Assembly: GCA_024233595.1 (NCBI GenBank)
Contig: JACKPK010000001.1
Coordinates: 153,260-217,259 of the forward strand
DNA: 64,000 nt
Direction: 5' to 3'
DNA from: Deltaproteobacteria bacterium
Lineage (GTDB): Bacteria; UBA10199; JADGCS01
Shown here: positions 21,476 to 31,485 of the stretch, one piece after another
How the letters are laid out: the number at the start of each line of letters is the position of its first letter
How positions within the stretch are numbered: position 1 is the stretch's first letter
Translations under genes and position numbers: made by a program
The notes under the pieces: generated by a model
Databases searched by the model: none
Told to the model about the DNA's origin: nothing
What the model saw: only the letters and a program-made list of their open reading frames with translations

Positions 21476-21619
21476 AATTTGCCCTTCATTTGGATAAATC
21501 CCCATTTCAGAAAAAAACTTCTTAAAAAATGATCTAAGTCATATTAATAAAAGCCGCATTGGGTGAATAAACTGCTCGAAATTCTTAACTGATTCTCAAA
21601 CTCTTTGGGTGTTATAAAT

Positions 21620-22525
21620 ATGAAACTAAAAAAATTCGTTCTCGCCGCCACTGTCGGCATCACGGCTGTCACAATATCTTCTGTGGCCTACTCTCAAGTT
21701 GGCTTTCTTAAATCCGTCAAAAAACAACAGCTCATTGCTCAAGGCAAACAAGCCTATGACAATCGTTGTTCCGGTTGTCACGGTTTAGAAGGAAACGGTC
21801 AGGGACCCGCTGCGCAATTCCTCGATCCCAAACCGCGTGATTTCACAAAAGCCATTTTTAAATTTAAATCGACTCCCATTGGCAGCATGCCCACAGACGA
21901 TGACATCATGCGTATCCTGAATCAAGGCATTCCTGGGAGCAGCATGCCTGAGTTTCGCCTGGTCAGCACCGACGAAAAACAGGCCATTGTCGCTTACATC
22001 AAAACTTTCAACAAAGACGCCTGGAAAAACCAAAGTCACGAAGATGTGGTTCCTCATCTTAAACTCCCCAAAGGCGTTTTCACCAAAAAAGATGAATTCT
22101 TAAAATACGCTCGCCGTGGTCGCGTTTGGTACCAAGAGCTTGGTTGCCTTTCTTGTCACGGCGCCTCTGGCGAAGGCAATGGCCCTTCTGCCACAACGCT
22201 CAAAGACTCTTGGGGCGATGACATCCGACCTGCCAACCTCAAAAAAGATCACATCAAACGTGGTTGGACTGTTCAAGACGTTGCTTACTCTATCATGATG
22301 GGTGTCGATGGCACACCCATGCCAGCACACATCGATATCTTAGATTCTCTTGCTGATCAGTTCCCTGAGGTTCGCGAAAAACAATACCTTTGGGAATTGG
22401 CATCCTACGTTTTCTACCTAAGAGGCGTGGGTGCAGGGCTTTATGAAGACGAGCTCCCAGCCATTCCAGAATCAGGCATTCCAGCAGATGAAGTGCAAGC
22501 TCAAGTTGGAAAATATTTACAGTAA
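21620..22525 (+). CDS. Exported diheme cytochrome c, first gene of the oxidase operon
   Basis: N-terminal signal/anchor, CSGCH and CLSCH heme motifs, PKPRDF, GSSMP and GTPMP axial-Met segments. Confidence 0.9.
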   Translation: MKLKKFVLAATVGITAVTISSVAYSQVGFLKSVKKQQLIAQGKQAYDNRCSGCHGLEGNGQGPAAQFLDPKPRDFTKAIFKFKSTPIGSMPTDDDIMRILNQGIPGSSMPEFRLVSTDEKQAIVAYIKTFNKDAWKNQSHEDVVPHLKLPKGVFTKKDEFLKYARRGRVWYQELGCLSCHGASGEGNGPSATTLKDSWGDDIRPANLKKDHIKRGWTVQDVAYSIMMGVDGTPMPAHIDILDSLADQFPEVREKQYLWELASYVFYLRGVGAGLYEDELPAIPESGIPADEVQAQVGKYLQ

Positions 22526-22563
22526 GTTCATTATTTTTTGAAAACCACTTAGGAGACAAAAAC

Positions 22564-23958
22564 ATGTCTAACTCGAATTCCGAAAGCTCACTGGTTCCTT
22601 ACGGATTAGTTAAAGCACACCTTCTTATTTCGGTGGTGTTTGTGTTTGTTGCCGTGCTCGGCGGCATGACCTACGCCATGCAGTTCATTGACCTTTACCC
22701 TTTTAAGGCAGTGGAATGGTTTAGCCCTGGTCGTGTGCGCATGGTGCACACGCAAGCTGTGGCCTACGCGTGGATCGCGAACGCGTTCTTTGGCATCATG
22801 TACTACATGATCCCCAAGCTCACCAATCACCGTGTTCTTTCCGAAAAACTGGGTTGGGTTGTGTTCTACGTTTACAACGTTCTCATCTTAGCCACTGTGG
22901 TTTTGATTTTAGCTGGCTTTGGTCAAGGTTTGGAATGGGCCGAAACACCACGCGTGTTGGATCCTTTCATTGCTATCTTTGTTGTTCTCTTGGTGGTCAA
23001 CCTTGTGACCCCCATGTGGAAAGCACGCTCTAAACCTTTCTACGTGAGTGTCTGGTACATCTTAGCAGCTCTCATTTGGACCCCTTTGGTTTACGTCATG
23101 GGTAACTTTTTGCCAGAGTACGTTTACCCAGGTTCAGGTGGCGCGGCGATTTCTTCCATGTACATTCACGATTTGGTCGGATTGTTTGTGACACCAATTG
23201 GAACAGCCATGGTGTACTACTTGTTGCCTGTTCTCATGAAGCGCCCGATCTTCTCGCACGCTTTGTCACTCATTGGTTTTTGGGGATTGGCTTTCTTCTA
23301 CCCCATGAACTCAACGCACCATTACCTTTACTCGCCCATTCCAATGTGGTCGCAGTACGCTGGCATCATTGCTTCCGTGGGTGTTCACATTGTGGTGTAC
23401 ACAGTTGTGTTCAACATTGTGGCCACCATTGCGAGTGATTGGAAAGAGGCTATCAAGAGCACCGAAATCAAATTCTTGTTCACGGGCACCATCTGTTACC
23501 TGATCACCTGTATTCAGTGTGCCATTCAGGTCACGCTATCGGTACAATCCATCATCCACTTCACAGATTGGGTTGTGGGACATAGTCACTTTGTTCTTTT
23601 TGGTGTGTTTAGTTTTTGGGCCTTTGCCTGGATCTATTACCTCATCCCACGTTTGCTCAACACAGCCATTTACAGTGAATCACTCAAGTCTTGGCACTTC
23701 TGGTTGTCGACTTTGGGCATCTTCATCATGCAGTTTGACCTGCTCTCTGCTGGTTTGGTGCAAGGTTATATGTGGAAAAATTTGGCCCCGTTCATTGACA
23801 CTGTGGCCGCGTCCATGCCTTTCTGGTGGGTGCGCGCGTTTAGCGGCATGTTGATTTTCGTGGCTCAGGTTCTTTTGATGATCAACATCTACATGACCTG
23901 GAAACAATCAAGAGACAGTGCCCCTGCTAACGCAAACTTAGCAACAGCAGGCGCTTAA
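22564..23958 (+). CDS. ccoN: cbb3-type (family C) heme-copper oxidase subunit I, divergent subfamily
   Basis: 12 TM; RMVHT, YIHDLVG, FFYPMNSTHH, FTDWVVGHSH metal-ligand His motifs, with the helix-VII Tyr present. Confidence 0.85.
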   Translation: MSNSNSESSLVPYGLVKAHLLISVVFVFVAVLGGMTYAMQFIDLYPFKAVEWFSPGRVRMVHTQAVAYAWIANAFFGIMYYMIPKLTNHRVLSEKLGWVVFYVYNVLILATVVLILAGFGQGLEWAETPRVLDPFIAIFVVLLVVNLVTPMWKARSKPFYVSVWYILAALIWTPLVYVMGNFLPEYVYPGSGGAAISSMYIHDLVGLFVTPIGTAMVYYLLPVLMKRPIFSHALSLIGFWGLAFFYPMNSTHHYLYSPIPMWSQYAGIIASVGVHIVVYTVVFNIVATIASDWKEAIKSTEIKFLFTGTICYLITCIQCAIQVTLSVQSIIHFTDWVVGHSHFVLFGVFSFWAFAWIYYLIPRLLNTAIYSESLKSWHFWLSTLGIFIMQFDLLSAGLVQGYMWKNLAPFIDTVAASMPFWWVRAFSGMLIFVAQVLLMINIYMTWKQSRDSAPANANLATAGA

Positions 23959-23998
23959 AGAATCAACTTATATCGAGAAAGAAAAAGAGGAAACTCAA

Positions 23999-24655
23999 AT
24001 GGCAAGCAAATCGCAAAAGTATGAAAAATTCAGCGCGGTCTTTCTTTTGGCAGGACTGTTCTTTTTGATTGTCGCCTTTTTGATCTTGGGTTTGGCACCG
24101 GCTACACAGGTCTCCAACATCCCAGATAAAGTCGGCATGCCCACAGAGATCCCCGGTGATTTTCAAAAGTACTACTCTTCTTTAGAGCAGTATCATGAAG
24201 GTCTGCTAAACGGTCGCGACGTTTACATTAGTGAAGCTTGCTGGCATTGCCATAGTCAGTATGTGCGTCCTGTTTCCAACGAAACTTTACGCTACGGTCC
24301 TGTGTCACAACCTGGTGAGTACCAAAACAAACTCAACCTGCCTCAGCTTTTTGGCACACGCCGTGTAGGGCCAGACTTATCGCGTGAATCTGGCAAACGC
24401 CCCAATGACTGGCACTTTGTGCATCTTTACAATCCAAAATGGGTTGTGCCTCAGTCCGTCATGCCGCAGTACCCTTGGTATTTTGAGACAAAAAAGGTTA
24501 AAATCAACGATGGGAAGGACGAGCGTCTCGAGATCACACCTAAACAAGAAGCAATCGACGTGGTTGCTTACTTGCAATGGCTTGGTCTTCACGTTTCTTC
24601 TGTAACCCATAAATATTATGACAACGACGCCATCGTCATGCCGCCAAGAAACTAA
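23999..24655 (+). CDS. ccoO: cbb3-type oxidase subunit II (monoheme cytochrome c)
   Basis: GRDVYISEACWHCHSQYVRP, GTRRVGPDL, HLYNP, SVMPQYPW. Confidence 0.9.
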   Translation: MASKSQKYEKFSAVFLLAGLFFLIVAFLILGLAPATQVSNIPDKVGMPTEIPGDFQKYYSSLEQYHEGLLNGRDVYISEACWHCHSQYVRPVSNETLRYGPVSQPGEYQNKLNLPQLFGTRRVGPDLSRESGKRPNDWHFVHLYNPKWVVPQSVMPQYPWYFETKKVKINDGKDERLEITPKQEAIDVVAYLQWLGLHVSSVTHKYYDNDAIVMPPRN

Positions 24656-24926
24656 ATCGCGGCGACAAAAATTCATTCGCACAGGCATCATTTACCTGGT
24701 GGCTTTCTTTTCGATCTCCATCATTGGTTTGTGGGTCTTTGCGATTCGTAACACACATATGGGTGTCGCGCTTTTAGGCGCTGGTTATGCCCTTTTGTGC
24801 ACAGCATTTTTGGCAGCACAGCTTGTGGCTTTTGTGCGTGCTCATTTGGATTACGATCAAACCATTGAGTACCCCAAGTTTGAGCTATTAGAAGTCGAGG
24901 AAAAAGAATGGGCGCATCAAGCTTAA
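24618..24926 (+). CDS. Small two-TM oxidase-associated protein
   Basis: Two hydrophobic helices; its stop overlaps the next ATG (TAATG). Confidence 0.55.
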   Translation: MTTTPSSCRQETKSRRQKFIRTGIIYLVAFFSISIIGLWVFAIRNTHMGVALLGAGYALLCTAFLAAQLVAFVRAHLDYDQTIEYPKFELLEVEEKEWAHQA

Positions 24927-25114
24927 TGCATCCCTTACTCGCGTGCTTTTATTGCGGTGTGGATTCCACCCCGCTTGTGGTCTTCCTGGTTGGCTTAATC
25001 GGCAGCCTTGTGCTGGGCACATGCTGTATTGGTTTAAGCCTTGTGATGACCGGAAAATTTAAAAACCCCGAAGAGATTAAATACGAAATCTTCGAAATGG
25101 AAAAGAGAGTTTAA
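24926..25114 (+). CDS. CcoS-like oxidase maturation protein
   Basis: One TM followed by TGKFKNPEEIK, resembling the CcoS GQFDDxE pattern; N-terminal CxxC. Confidence 0.5.
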   Translation: MHPLLACFYCGVDSTPLVVFLVGLIGSLVLGTCCIGLSLVMTGKFKNPEEIKYEIFEMEKRV

Positions 25115-25115
25115 T

Positions 25116-25274
25116 ATGGCAGACTCTGACAACCTGAACCCTGAAGAACAACAATACGTCACCAACAAAGTTCCTAAAGTCCTCATGGCCATTTATGGCA
25201 TCTTCATCACCTGGGCACTGTTTTACTTTTTTTCTTACAGCCTTCCTGATCTTACAGAATGGCTGAACAAGTAA
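25116..25274 (+). CDS. 52-aa single-TM protein (CcoP N-terminus/CcoQ-like), not in the ORF track
   Basis: Manual translation MADSDNLNPEEQQYVTNKVPKVLMAIYGIFITWALFYFFSYSLPDLTEWLNK, starting 1 bp after the previous stop. Confidence 0.6.
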   Translation: MADSDNLNPEEQQYVTNKVPKVLMAIYGIFITWALFYFFSYSLPDLTEWLNK

Positions 25275-25367
25275 AAATATTAGTGACGACATAATTATCT
25301 GGTAATATAGAGAGCCCTGATTGATCTACGCATCAATCGATTACCGTCAGACACAGCGGAGAACTTT

Positions 25368-26399
25368 ATGTTTGAGCAATTACCAGAACCACCCCGTCCG
25401 GTTTTTAACAAAACTGAAAAACGAGAACGCAACCATCAGTTTGCCAAGGTGCTGAACTACTTTGTTCTTGGCTATAATATTTTACACAAATTGATCATGC
25501 CCCTTTATGTGGGTTGGACGCGTAAATCGGTGGACCCGACTGGCACCGATGTCGACTTTTGGTGGCTCTTTCATGTCCTCATTGCTGTATTATTAAACCG
25601 TAAAAAATGGGATGACGCCCTGCTACGCTTTACCTGCGTGGTGGGCATTGGTTCGTCTTTTTACCAATTGGTCTTCAGCATGTACGAGTTCCACACGCGT
25701 GTCATGTCCTATTGGCTAACGGCTGGGGCAACTCTTTCTGTTGTGATTTTTATCTTATCGATTTCAAAAATACGCCATGGCGTAAAAAAAGAAACGGCTC
25801 TCATTGTCGCTGGTATTTTGGCCGGGCTCACCTTGCAATTTTTTCTGTTATCGCGCCAAGAGATCAACCGTTGGGACAACTGGCGCGAAGCCCACAAAGC
25901 TGAAGCTGATCCTGCCACAATTGTTTTACAAGACAGCTCAAGCTGCGGTGGCAGTGGTTTTTCTTTTGTGAATCAAGGCGGACAGCTCACTGTGCCCCAA
26001 ACAGAAACCATTCAAAAGATCACCATCGAAACCTGCGGTCTTAGCCCCAAATTGGCTTATTTTGATGCGAGCAAGGGTTTGGATTTTTCTAACAACACCA
26101 ATGTCTACATGAACATCAAAGTCAGTCGCTTGCAGAAGAACCTTTGGAAGTCTTTTAAAAACATCCCCCTGAGACCACACACGGCCTTTCATTTTTCACC
26201 AGAAAAAATAAACGCCGAAATCATGGTGCTCTATTCAGACGCTCATCCCGAAATGGGACTGTTATTGCTTTTGCCTACCCCGCACTCTTTAGATGAGTTT
26301 GTGCAAAACCAACAAATCACAGAGCCCTATGTTGTGGTGGATCGATTGGGAATCTTTGGCGCTAAAAGCACGCCAAACGAAGAAGCCAGCAAAGAGTAA
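25368..26399 (+). CDS. Hypothetical membrane protein with a C-terminal soluble domain
   Basis: About five N-terminal TM segments, then a beta-rich domain with two Cys. Confidence 0.7.
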   Translation: MFEQLPEPPRPVFNKTEKRERNHQFAKVLNYFVLGYNILHKLIMPLYVGWTRKSVDPTGTDVDFWWLFHVLIAVLLNRKKWDDALLRFTCVVGIGSSFYQLVFSMYEFHTRVMSYWLTAGATLSVVIFILSISKIRHGVKKETALIVAGILAGLTLQFFLLSRQEINRWDNWREAHKAEADPATIVLQDSSSCGGSGFSFVNQGGQLTVPQTETIQKITIETCGLSPKLAYFDASKGLDFSNNTNVYMNIKVSRLQKNLWKSFKNIPLRPHTAFHFSPEKINAEIMVLYSDAHPEMGLLLLLPTPHSLDEFVQNQQITEPYVVVDRLGIFGAKSTPNEEASKE

Positions 26400-26401
26400 A
26401 G

Positions 26402-27217
26402 CTAGCCCGCAAAATAAATAATGATGCGCCTGACGTTTTCGTTCATGACGCCAAAGAAGTCTTTCATTTCGGTGACAATCACAAACACCGAAACATAAAC
26501 CATGATAGACCCCACATAGCCTTTGAGCATAAAGCCGATTTCAAAAACAGGAATCTGAGGCGCCATTTTGTTTGCAATGCCAAGAACCATGTCTGTTAAA
26601 AAAATCGCAATCAAAACGGGTGCCGCAAGCTGCATGCCGATGATCAGGACATCAGCCGACATGCGGATGATGATTTTTAAAAACGGCGAAATGCCGGGCT
26701 CAATACTAGGAATACTGTACACCGGCACAATCTGAAAGCTTTCGAAAAAAGCGCTTAAAAAGGTGATGTGACCACCCATGTAAAGAAAAAATGCCAAGCC
26801 TAACCAATACTGAAACAATCCAAAAATAGAGACTTGTCCCAATGATGGCAAAAAGATTTGCGCGTTGGCAGAACCACGCTGGCTATCGACAATACGGCCA
26901 CCAGCCTCAATGGCGTAGAAACACATCACAGCCACAAAACCAATCGCCAGTCCAAAAAAGATTTCTTTAAAAAACAAAACAATGATGAGCCCGTAATCGT
27001 CTGGCATGTTTTGGTTTAATTGATCGCCTATGAGGTAATAGACAAAGCCAGACAAAACAAAACTGGTGAGCAAGCGAATGCGGCCAGGAATACCACGACC
27101 ACCAATGAAAGGCGTGAGGATGAGCATCACGAAGACACGCGTGAAAATCAGCCCCCAGCTAATCAGGAAGGTGTAAAAATCAACTGTGATGCCTAGTTTT
27201 TCGATAAAGGGCTGCAA
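26402..27217 (-). CDS. sctT: T3SS export gate SctT (FliR/EscT family)
   Basis: FTRVFVMLILTPFIG, KEIFFGLAIG, EAGGRIVDSQRG, LAAPVLIAIFLTDMVLG, NKMAPQ. Confidence 0.92.
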   Translation of the reverse strand: MQPFIEKLGITVDFYTFLISWGLIFTRVFVMLILTPFIGGRGIPGRIRLLTSFVLSGFVYYLIGDQLNQNMPDDYGLIIVLFFKEIFFGLAIGFVAVMCFYAIEAGGRIVDSQRGSANAQIFLPSLGQVSIFGLFQYWLGLAFFLYMGGHITFLSAFFESFQIVPVYSIPSIEPGISPFLKIIIRMSADVLIIGMQLAAPVLIAIFLTDMVLGIANKMAPQIPVFEIGFMLKGYVGSIMVYVSVFVIVTEMKDFFGVMNENVRRIIIYFAG

Positions 27218-27225
27218 ATAAACAC

Positions 27226-27492
27226 CTACCCAATGTAGTCGCTAAAGCTTCCTAGGAGCGAGGACGCGTACTCAATGAGCAAGGCAAAACCAACCTGACC
27301 CAGCAAGGCAAGCACCAAGATGATGCACACAAGCTTAGGCACAAAAGTAAGCGTTTGTTCCTGCACCTGAGTGGTGGCTTGAATAATACTGACCGTGAGT
27401 CCCACAACCAACGCTGTGATCACGGGTGGTGCCGAAAGAATCAACACCAAATACAAACCTTGCTTAGCGACCGAGACAATATATGTATCCAT
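27226..27492 (-). CDS. sctS: T3SS export gate SctS (FliQ/EscS family)
   Basis: LSAPPVITALVVGLTVSIIQATTQVQEQTLTFVPKL. Confidence 0.94.
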   Translation of the reverse strand: MDTYIVSVAKQGLYLVLILSAPPVITALVVGLTVSIIQATTQVQEQTLTFVPKLVCIILVLALLGQVGFALLIEYASSLLGSFSDYIG

Positions 27493-27517
27493 AATTTTTC
27501 CTTTTGTAAGGCAAAGC

Positions 27518-28285
27518 TTAAACGTAGGCTTTGACCAAACCTTCTGTGATCAAATACCAGCCATCCGCCAACACAAAGAGCAAAAGCTTAAGTGGTAACG
27601 ATACCGTGATGGGCGAAACCTGAAACATACCCAGCGATAGCAAAATATTGGAAACCACCATGTCGATGATCAAAAAGGGCAAAAAGATAATGAACCCGAT
27701 TTGAAATGCCTCAGTGAGCTCACTGACCACAAAGGCTGGGATGAGCACCATAAAATCGTACTGCTCCAATCCCCCTAAGATGTCGTTGATTTTAAGTTTG
27801 CGACCAATGTCGTAAAAGAGTTTGCGTTCACGCGGGTTGGCGTGTCGTTTTAAAAATTCGCGCACGGGCTCTTTGCCAGCATCAATGGCCTCTTTAAGAA
27901 CATCTATTGATTGCATCGAAATCACTTCTGAGGGCCCGTTTGATTGAATCACCGTGCGTGAGGCATCGTAGGCTTTTTGTCCCACCGGAATCATCACATA
28001 CACTGTGAGAATAAGAGCAAGGCCTGTCACAATTGGGTTGGGAGGAATTTGTTGCGTGCCAATGGCTTGTCGAATGAGTGAAAGCACCACCGCAATTTTA
28101 ACAAATGATGTGGTCATCATTAAAATAAAAGGCGCTAGCGACATGAGAAACAAAACAAAGATCACCAAGACAGGCTTGGAAATCGGTTCGTCTTGCATAT
28201 TGGCGCTCAGTTGCGCAAAAACTGGAGAACTTAATAAAGAGCAAAATAGAAAAACTAAGAGCGATCCCCATTTTTTTCGAATCAT
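27518..28285 (-). CDS. sctR: T3SS export gate SctR (FliP/EscR family) with an N-terminal signal-like peptide
   Basis: MMTTSFVKIAVVLSLIRQAIGTQQIPPN, PAFVVSELTEAFQIGF, PFLIIDMVVSNIL, LPLKLLLFVLADGW. Confidence 0.94.
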   Translation of the reverse strand: MIRKKWGSLLVFLFCSLLSSPVFAQLSANMQDEPISKPVLVIFVLFLMSLAPFILMMTTSFVKIAVVLSLIRQAIGTQQIPPNPIVTGLALILTVYVMIPVGQKAYDASRTVIQSNGPSEVISMQSIDVLKEAIDAGKEPVREFLKRHANPRERKLFYDIGRKLKINDILGGLEQYDFMVLIPAFVVSELTEAFQIGFIIFLPFLIIDMVVSNILLSLGMFQVSPITVSLPLKLLLFVLADGWYLITEGLVKAYV

Positions 28286-28566
28286 TGTGAAACCTCCCAT
28301 TCAGCAAGCTTAGCAACATGATTGTCTGAAATCGCTAAAGCCACTTTTTTATCTTCGATTTGGACCAGGTACACGGCTTTTCGTGGGGCAATGGATTGTC
28401 GGTCTAAAATCTGAATCTTGGAATTGCTATTGCCTTGCGCGCCCGTTAAACGCGGGATCACATACTTGAGAACCAAGAAAGCCCCCACAATGATCACAAT
28501 CATCACAATGGATGTGATCGCAAAATTCCAGCCGTATGATAAATCACTTGCCGCTGCTAATAGCAT
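28282..28566 (-). CDS. FliO-like export-gate chaperone
   Basis: One TM followed by KIQILDRQSIAPRKAVYLVQIEDKKVALAIS, the FliO pattern; coupled to sctR. Confidence 0.75.
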   Translation of the reverse strand: MLLAAASDLSYGWNFAITSIVMIVIIVGAFLVLKYVIPRLTGAQGNSNSKIQILDRQSIAPRKAVYLVQIEDKKVALAISDNHVAKLAEWEVSQ

Positions 28567-28574
28567 GATGCCCC

Positions 28575-29060
28575 TTACTTAACCAACTTGATGACCTTGG
28601 CGCCCAACTTGCCATCAACAACCACAAGCTCTGCCTTGGCAATCAATTTGCCATTGGCCACAAGATCAATGGGGTCTTGCGGCAATTTATCAAATTCCAT
28701 GATCTCGCCTGAACGCACACCCAAAATGTCTTTGAGCTTGAGCGATTTTTTAGCCACAACCGCAGCCAAATGCACAGGCAAGTCCTGAGACAAACCCTTG
28801 GCATAACCTGACAAGTCTTCGGGCTCTGGTTCGGGACGCGCTTTGCTTTCTTTGACTTCTGGTGCAGGCGCAGCTGGCTTTTTAACAGGCGCATCAGCTT
28901 GTGCGGCTGGTGCCGGTGGCTCTTGCGATTCTTGCGCTGCAGGAACAGGATCCTTAGGTGGCAAAGGCTTTTTGTTTTTGACGACTTCACCAGGACCATT
29001 CACGTCTTCTGGGTCCAATCCCAATTCTCTGATTAAATCTTCGTCGAATACGTCATTCAT
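28575..29060 (-). CDS. FliN/SctQ C-terminal SpoA-domain protein
   Basis: Pro/Ala-rich linker, then LKDILGVRSGEIMEF...PIDLVANGKLIAKAELVVVDGKLGAKV. Confidence 0.88.
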   Translation of the reverse strand: MNDVFDEDLIRELGLDPEDVNGPGEVVKNKKPLPPKDPVPAAQESQEPPAPAAQADAPVKKPAAPAPEVKESKARPEPEPEDLSGYAKGLSQDLPVHLAAVVAKKSLKLKDILGVRSGEIMEFDKLPQDPIDLVANGKLIAKAELVVVDGKLGAKVIKLVK

Positions 29061-29072
29061 AGATTCATCTCC

Positions 29073-29993
29073 TTATAGGGCCGAAGTGACCTTGCCCTTC
29101 CATCCTGTGTTTGTTTGTTCAATATTAAGACCAAATCCCTGGCGCTCATTCGGGTCGTTCATAACCAACTCTGCTTTCCCTTGCCAGCCTTTGTGATCCG
29201 CCGAACGCTTAAGATGACCTTCATCAAAAAGGATGACATCACCTTCTTCTAGATCAAAAAAATCCTCTGGTGCCATGGTGGCCTCGGCGACTTCTAAACT
29301 AAAATCCGCTTCTAGGTTGCCAAATTGTTTTAAACGATTTTCTTTAAGAGCTTCTTGGTAATCGTTGGCCGCAAATTGCGAAAGGCTAGCCACTGGTAAG
29401 ATTAATCTTAAAAAGAAATCACGCCCAAATAATTTGAGCATAACCGTGTAAACACCAAATTGCTCATTGTCTTTATAGCGCTCGTGCAAGGACTTTGGGT
29501 TTTTAAAAAGATCTTCAAATTGTAACGAGAAGTTTTTGTGCGAAATGTTTTGTGAAATCTGATCCAGAATAGAAACCAGCAAATACTGCACAACAGCTTC
29601 TTCCATGCTGCTCAAGGGCTTAAGCTGTAAATCAGATATTTTTTTAGGGTCGATGATTTCTCCGGAAACCACCTGATGAGCCAGAGCTTTGGCCAACAAG
29701 GAATCAAAGGTTAGCAAAGCCTGCCCACAATGCGGGTCTATGCGCAAAACAGAAATGAGTGAATCTTTAGGCAAGGAGCCCGCCAGCTCTTCGGATGTGC
29801 GCGCTTCAAAATGAGTGATGCTCAACTGACTTTGTTGTTGGCATATTTTATCGAGCGGCTCAGTGAGGATCTCAAAAAAACGGCTTTGTTTTTCAAAAAA
29901 GAAAAAGGTCTTTAATAATTTTTGATAAAGGGCAGCTTCGGCGCGTGTGTAATGCGTGAGCTCGTTAAATGGAAAATTTTGAATTTCTGCCAT
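29073..29993 (-). CDS. FliM/SctQ-like C-ring (sorting platform) protein
   Basis: LKPLSSMEEAVVQYL middle domain and C-terminal SpoA start (DFFDLEEGDVILFD); position upstream of the FliN-like gene. Confidence 0.75.
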   Translation of the reverse strand: MAEIQNFPFNELTHYTRAEAALYQKLLKTFFFFEKQSRFFEILTEPLDKICQQQSQLSITHFEARTSEELAGSLPKDSLISVLRIDPHCGQALLTFDSLLAKALAHQVVSGEIIDPKKISDLQLKPLSSMEEAVVQYLLVSILDQISQNISHKNFSLQFEDLFKNPKSLHERYKDNEQFGVYTVMLKLFGRDFFLRLILPVASLSQFAANDYQEALKENRLKQFGNLEADFSLEVAEATMAPEDFFDLEEGDVILFDEGHLKRSADHKGWQGKAELVMNDPNERQGFGLNIEQTNTGWKGKVTSAL

Positions 29994-30010
29994 GTCACTT
30001 TCCTAAAATC

Positions 30011-30964
30011 TTAAACCACATCGATGCGCAGCACTTTGATTCCCTTTTTCTTTAACCGCATGTGAACCAAAGGCCTTTGTTTTAAAAACGTGCTTTTAAC
30101 CGCACGATTAGGGCAAAAAAAGCGCAGCACAACACCGTCTTTGGTGCGTTCGGTTGCCACTTTGAGCCCGTCAAAATACTCATCACTCAATTGCACAACA
30201 AACTCTTCTTGACCAGAATCATTCAAACCAAATTCCACCGACGTGATGATTTCGCTCAGGTCTTGTTCGCTAAAATCACGCGCGTTGCGATCAAACCCCT
30301 GGGCGCCAGAACCAAGGCGCTCTCGAATCGCCTTCACGGTGGCCTTTTTAAAGTCGTTTAGAGACTGACCTTTTTGCTGGTTCTGAGAGGAATCGCGCTC
30401 TTTTCCCAAATGACTTTGGCCTTCGCCTGCCGAACCATCGGAACCCGCAAAGCCTCCCGAGGAAGAACCACCATCGCCTTCTGATTTTTCGGCAACACGG
30501 CGGTAGCCTTCGTTCGAAATCTCGCCTTCTTTACGCGATGTTTCGCCCTTTTCGCTGGTTTTAGCCTTAGAAGTCGATTCTGATTTATCGTCTAAACGCT
30601 CTTCGTATTTTTGATTGTCTTCTTTTAAAAACTCTTGTTCTTCTTGATGATGCTCTTCCTGATGTCTGACTTGATCAACATGCGCTTGGTCTAATTCTTT
30701 ATTTTTATCCTTAGCAACACCAATGATTTTATCGAGCAAACCTTGTTTTTCTTCTTTGCTCTTTTTGCTGTCTTTTAATTGCTTGGCAAACTGTGATTGT
30801 GATTTTTGCACTTCGTCTGCGGTTTTCTCAGAAAGCTTGGCTTCAAAAGTCCGCATGGGCTCACGCTCTGCCTTAAGGCGATTCTGCCTTTTGGCTTCCT
30901 GACGGCGTTCATCAACACGCCGTTCTTCATCGCGTTCGCTTCGGTTGTCGTTATTGATTGTCAT
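30011..30964 (-). CDS. SctP/FliK-like length-control protein
   Basis: Charged, disordered N-terminus plus a compact C-terminal domain (EEFVVQL...GLKV...GVVLRF...LKKKGIKV); located after sctO. Confidence 0.7.
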   Translation of the reverse strand: MTINNDNRSERDEERRVDERRQEAKRQNRLKAEREPMRTFEAKLSEKTADEVQKSQSQFAKQLKDSKKSKEEKQGLLDKIIGVAKDKNKELDQAHVDQVRHQEEHHQEEQEFLKEDNQKYEERLDDKSESTSKAKTSEKGETSRKEGEISNEGYRRVAEKSEGDGGSSSGGFAGSDGSAGEGQSHLGKERDSSQNQQKGQSLNDFKKATVKAIRERLGSGAQGFDRNARDFSEQDLSEIITSVEFGLNDSGQEEFVVQLSDEYFDGLKVATERTKDGVVLRFFCPNRAVKSTFLKQRPLVHMRLKKKGIKVLRIDVV

Positions 30965-30967
30965 AAA

Positions 30968-31468
30968 CTATTGGTTTGCCTTGTTCATCTGATGAATGAC
31001 ATTGCCAAGCTCATTCATCTGTTTGTTTTCTTCCATGCTAAGCTGCCGTTGCATTTTTTTATGCCAAAGCTCCTTGTGCTTTTCCATCACGTTCATTTCT
31101 TGTGCCGCAATCACATATTCTCGGCGGCAGCGCTGCACATGCTTTTCGGCGCGCTTGATCTCTTCTTTTTGCTCTTCAATGCGCTCTTCTAGCTCTTCTA
31201 AATCTTCCTTGAGCTTGCGAATAAAATTCAAATGCGTCTGTGGGTCTTTAACCACGGCATCACCAGTGGCGACTTTTTCGCGCATTTCATTGCGTTCTTC
31301 CGCAATGCGTTCTTCGATTTGTTTTTTTTCTTCTTCTAACTTTTTAAGCTTTTCTTTTTCTTCCTCTAGTTGTTTCAAAGCGCGCGCTAGATTAATCTCG
31401 GCCTGCCTTTTGGCGCGTTCTTTGATCACAAGCAAAACTTGCAAGCGGTATTTTTCTTTTTTGGCCAT
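30968..31468 (-). CDS. SctO/FliJ-like coiled-coil stalk protein
   Basis: YRLQVLLVIKERA, long heptad coil, AAQEMNVMEKHKELW; directly after the ATPase. Confidence 0.82.
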   Translation of the reverse strand: MAKKEKYRLQVLLVIKERAKRQAEINLARALKQLEEEKEKLKKLEEEKKQIEERIAEERNEMREKVATGDAVVKDPQTHLNFIRKLKEDLEELEERIEEQKEEIKRAEKHVQRCRREYVIAAQEMNVMEKHKELWHKKMQRQLSMEENKQMNELGNVIHQMNKANQ

Positions 31469-31485
31469 GGCGCTAAAAATTATCC

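Noticed and set aside
21529-21542. FNR box upstream of the oxidase operon (ATGAT-CTAA-GTCAT)
   Set aside because: Only 7 of 10 consensus positions match in an AT-rich region; too weak to call.
22564-23958. Nitric oxide reductase
   Set aside because: The helix-VII Tyr at the family-C cross-link position is present, NorB-type conserved glutamates were not recognised, and the partner gene is CcoO-like.
25319-25338. GATTGAT-N6-ATCAATC palindrome as an FNR site
   Set aside because: The spacer is 6 bp rather than 4; a 7-bp inverted repeat alone is not enough support.
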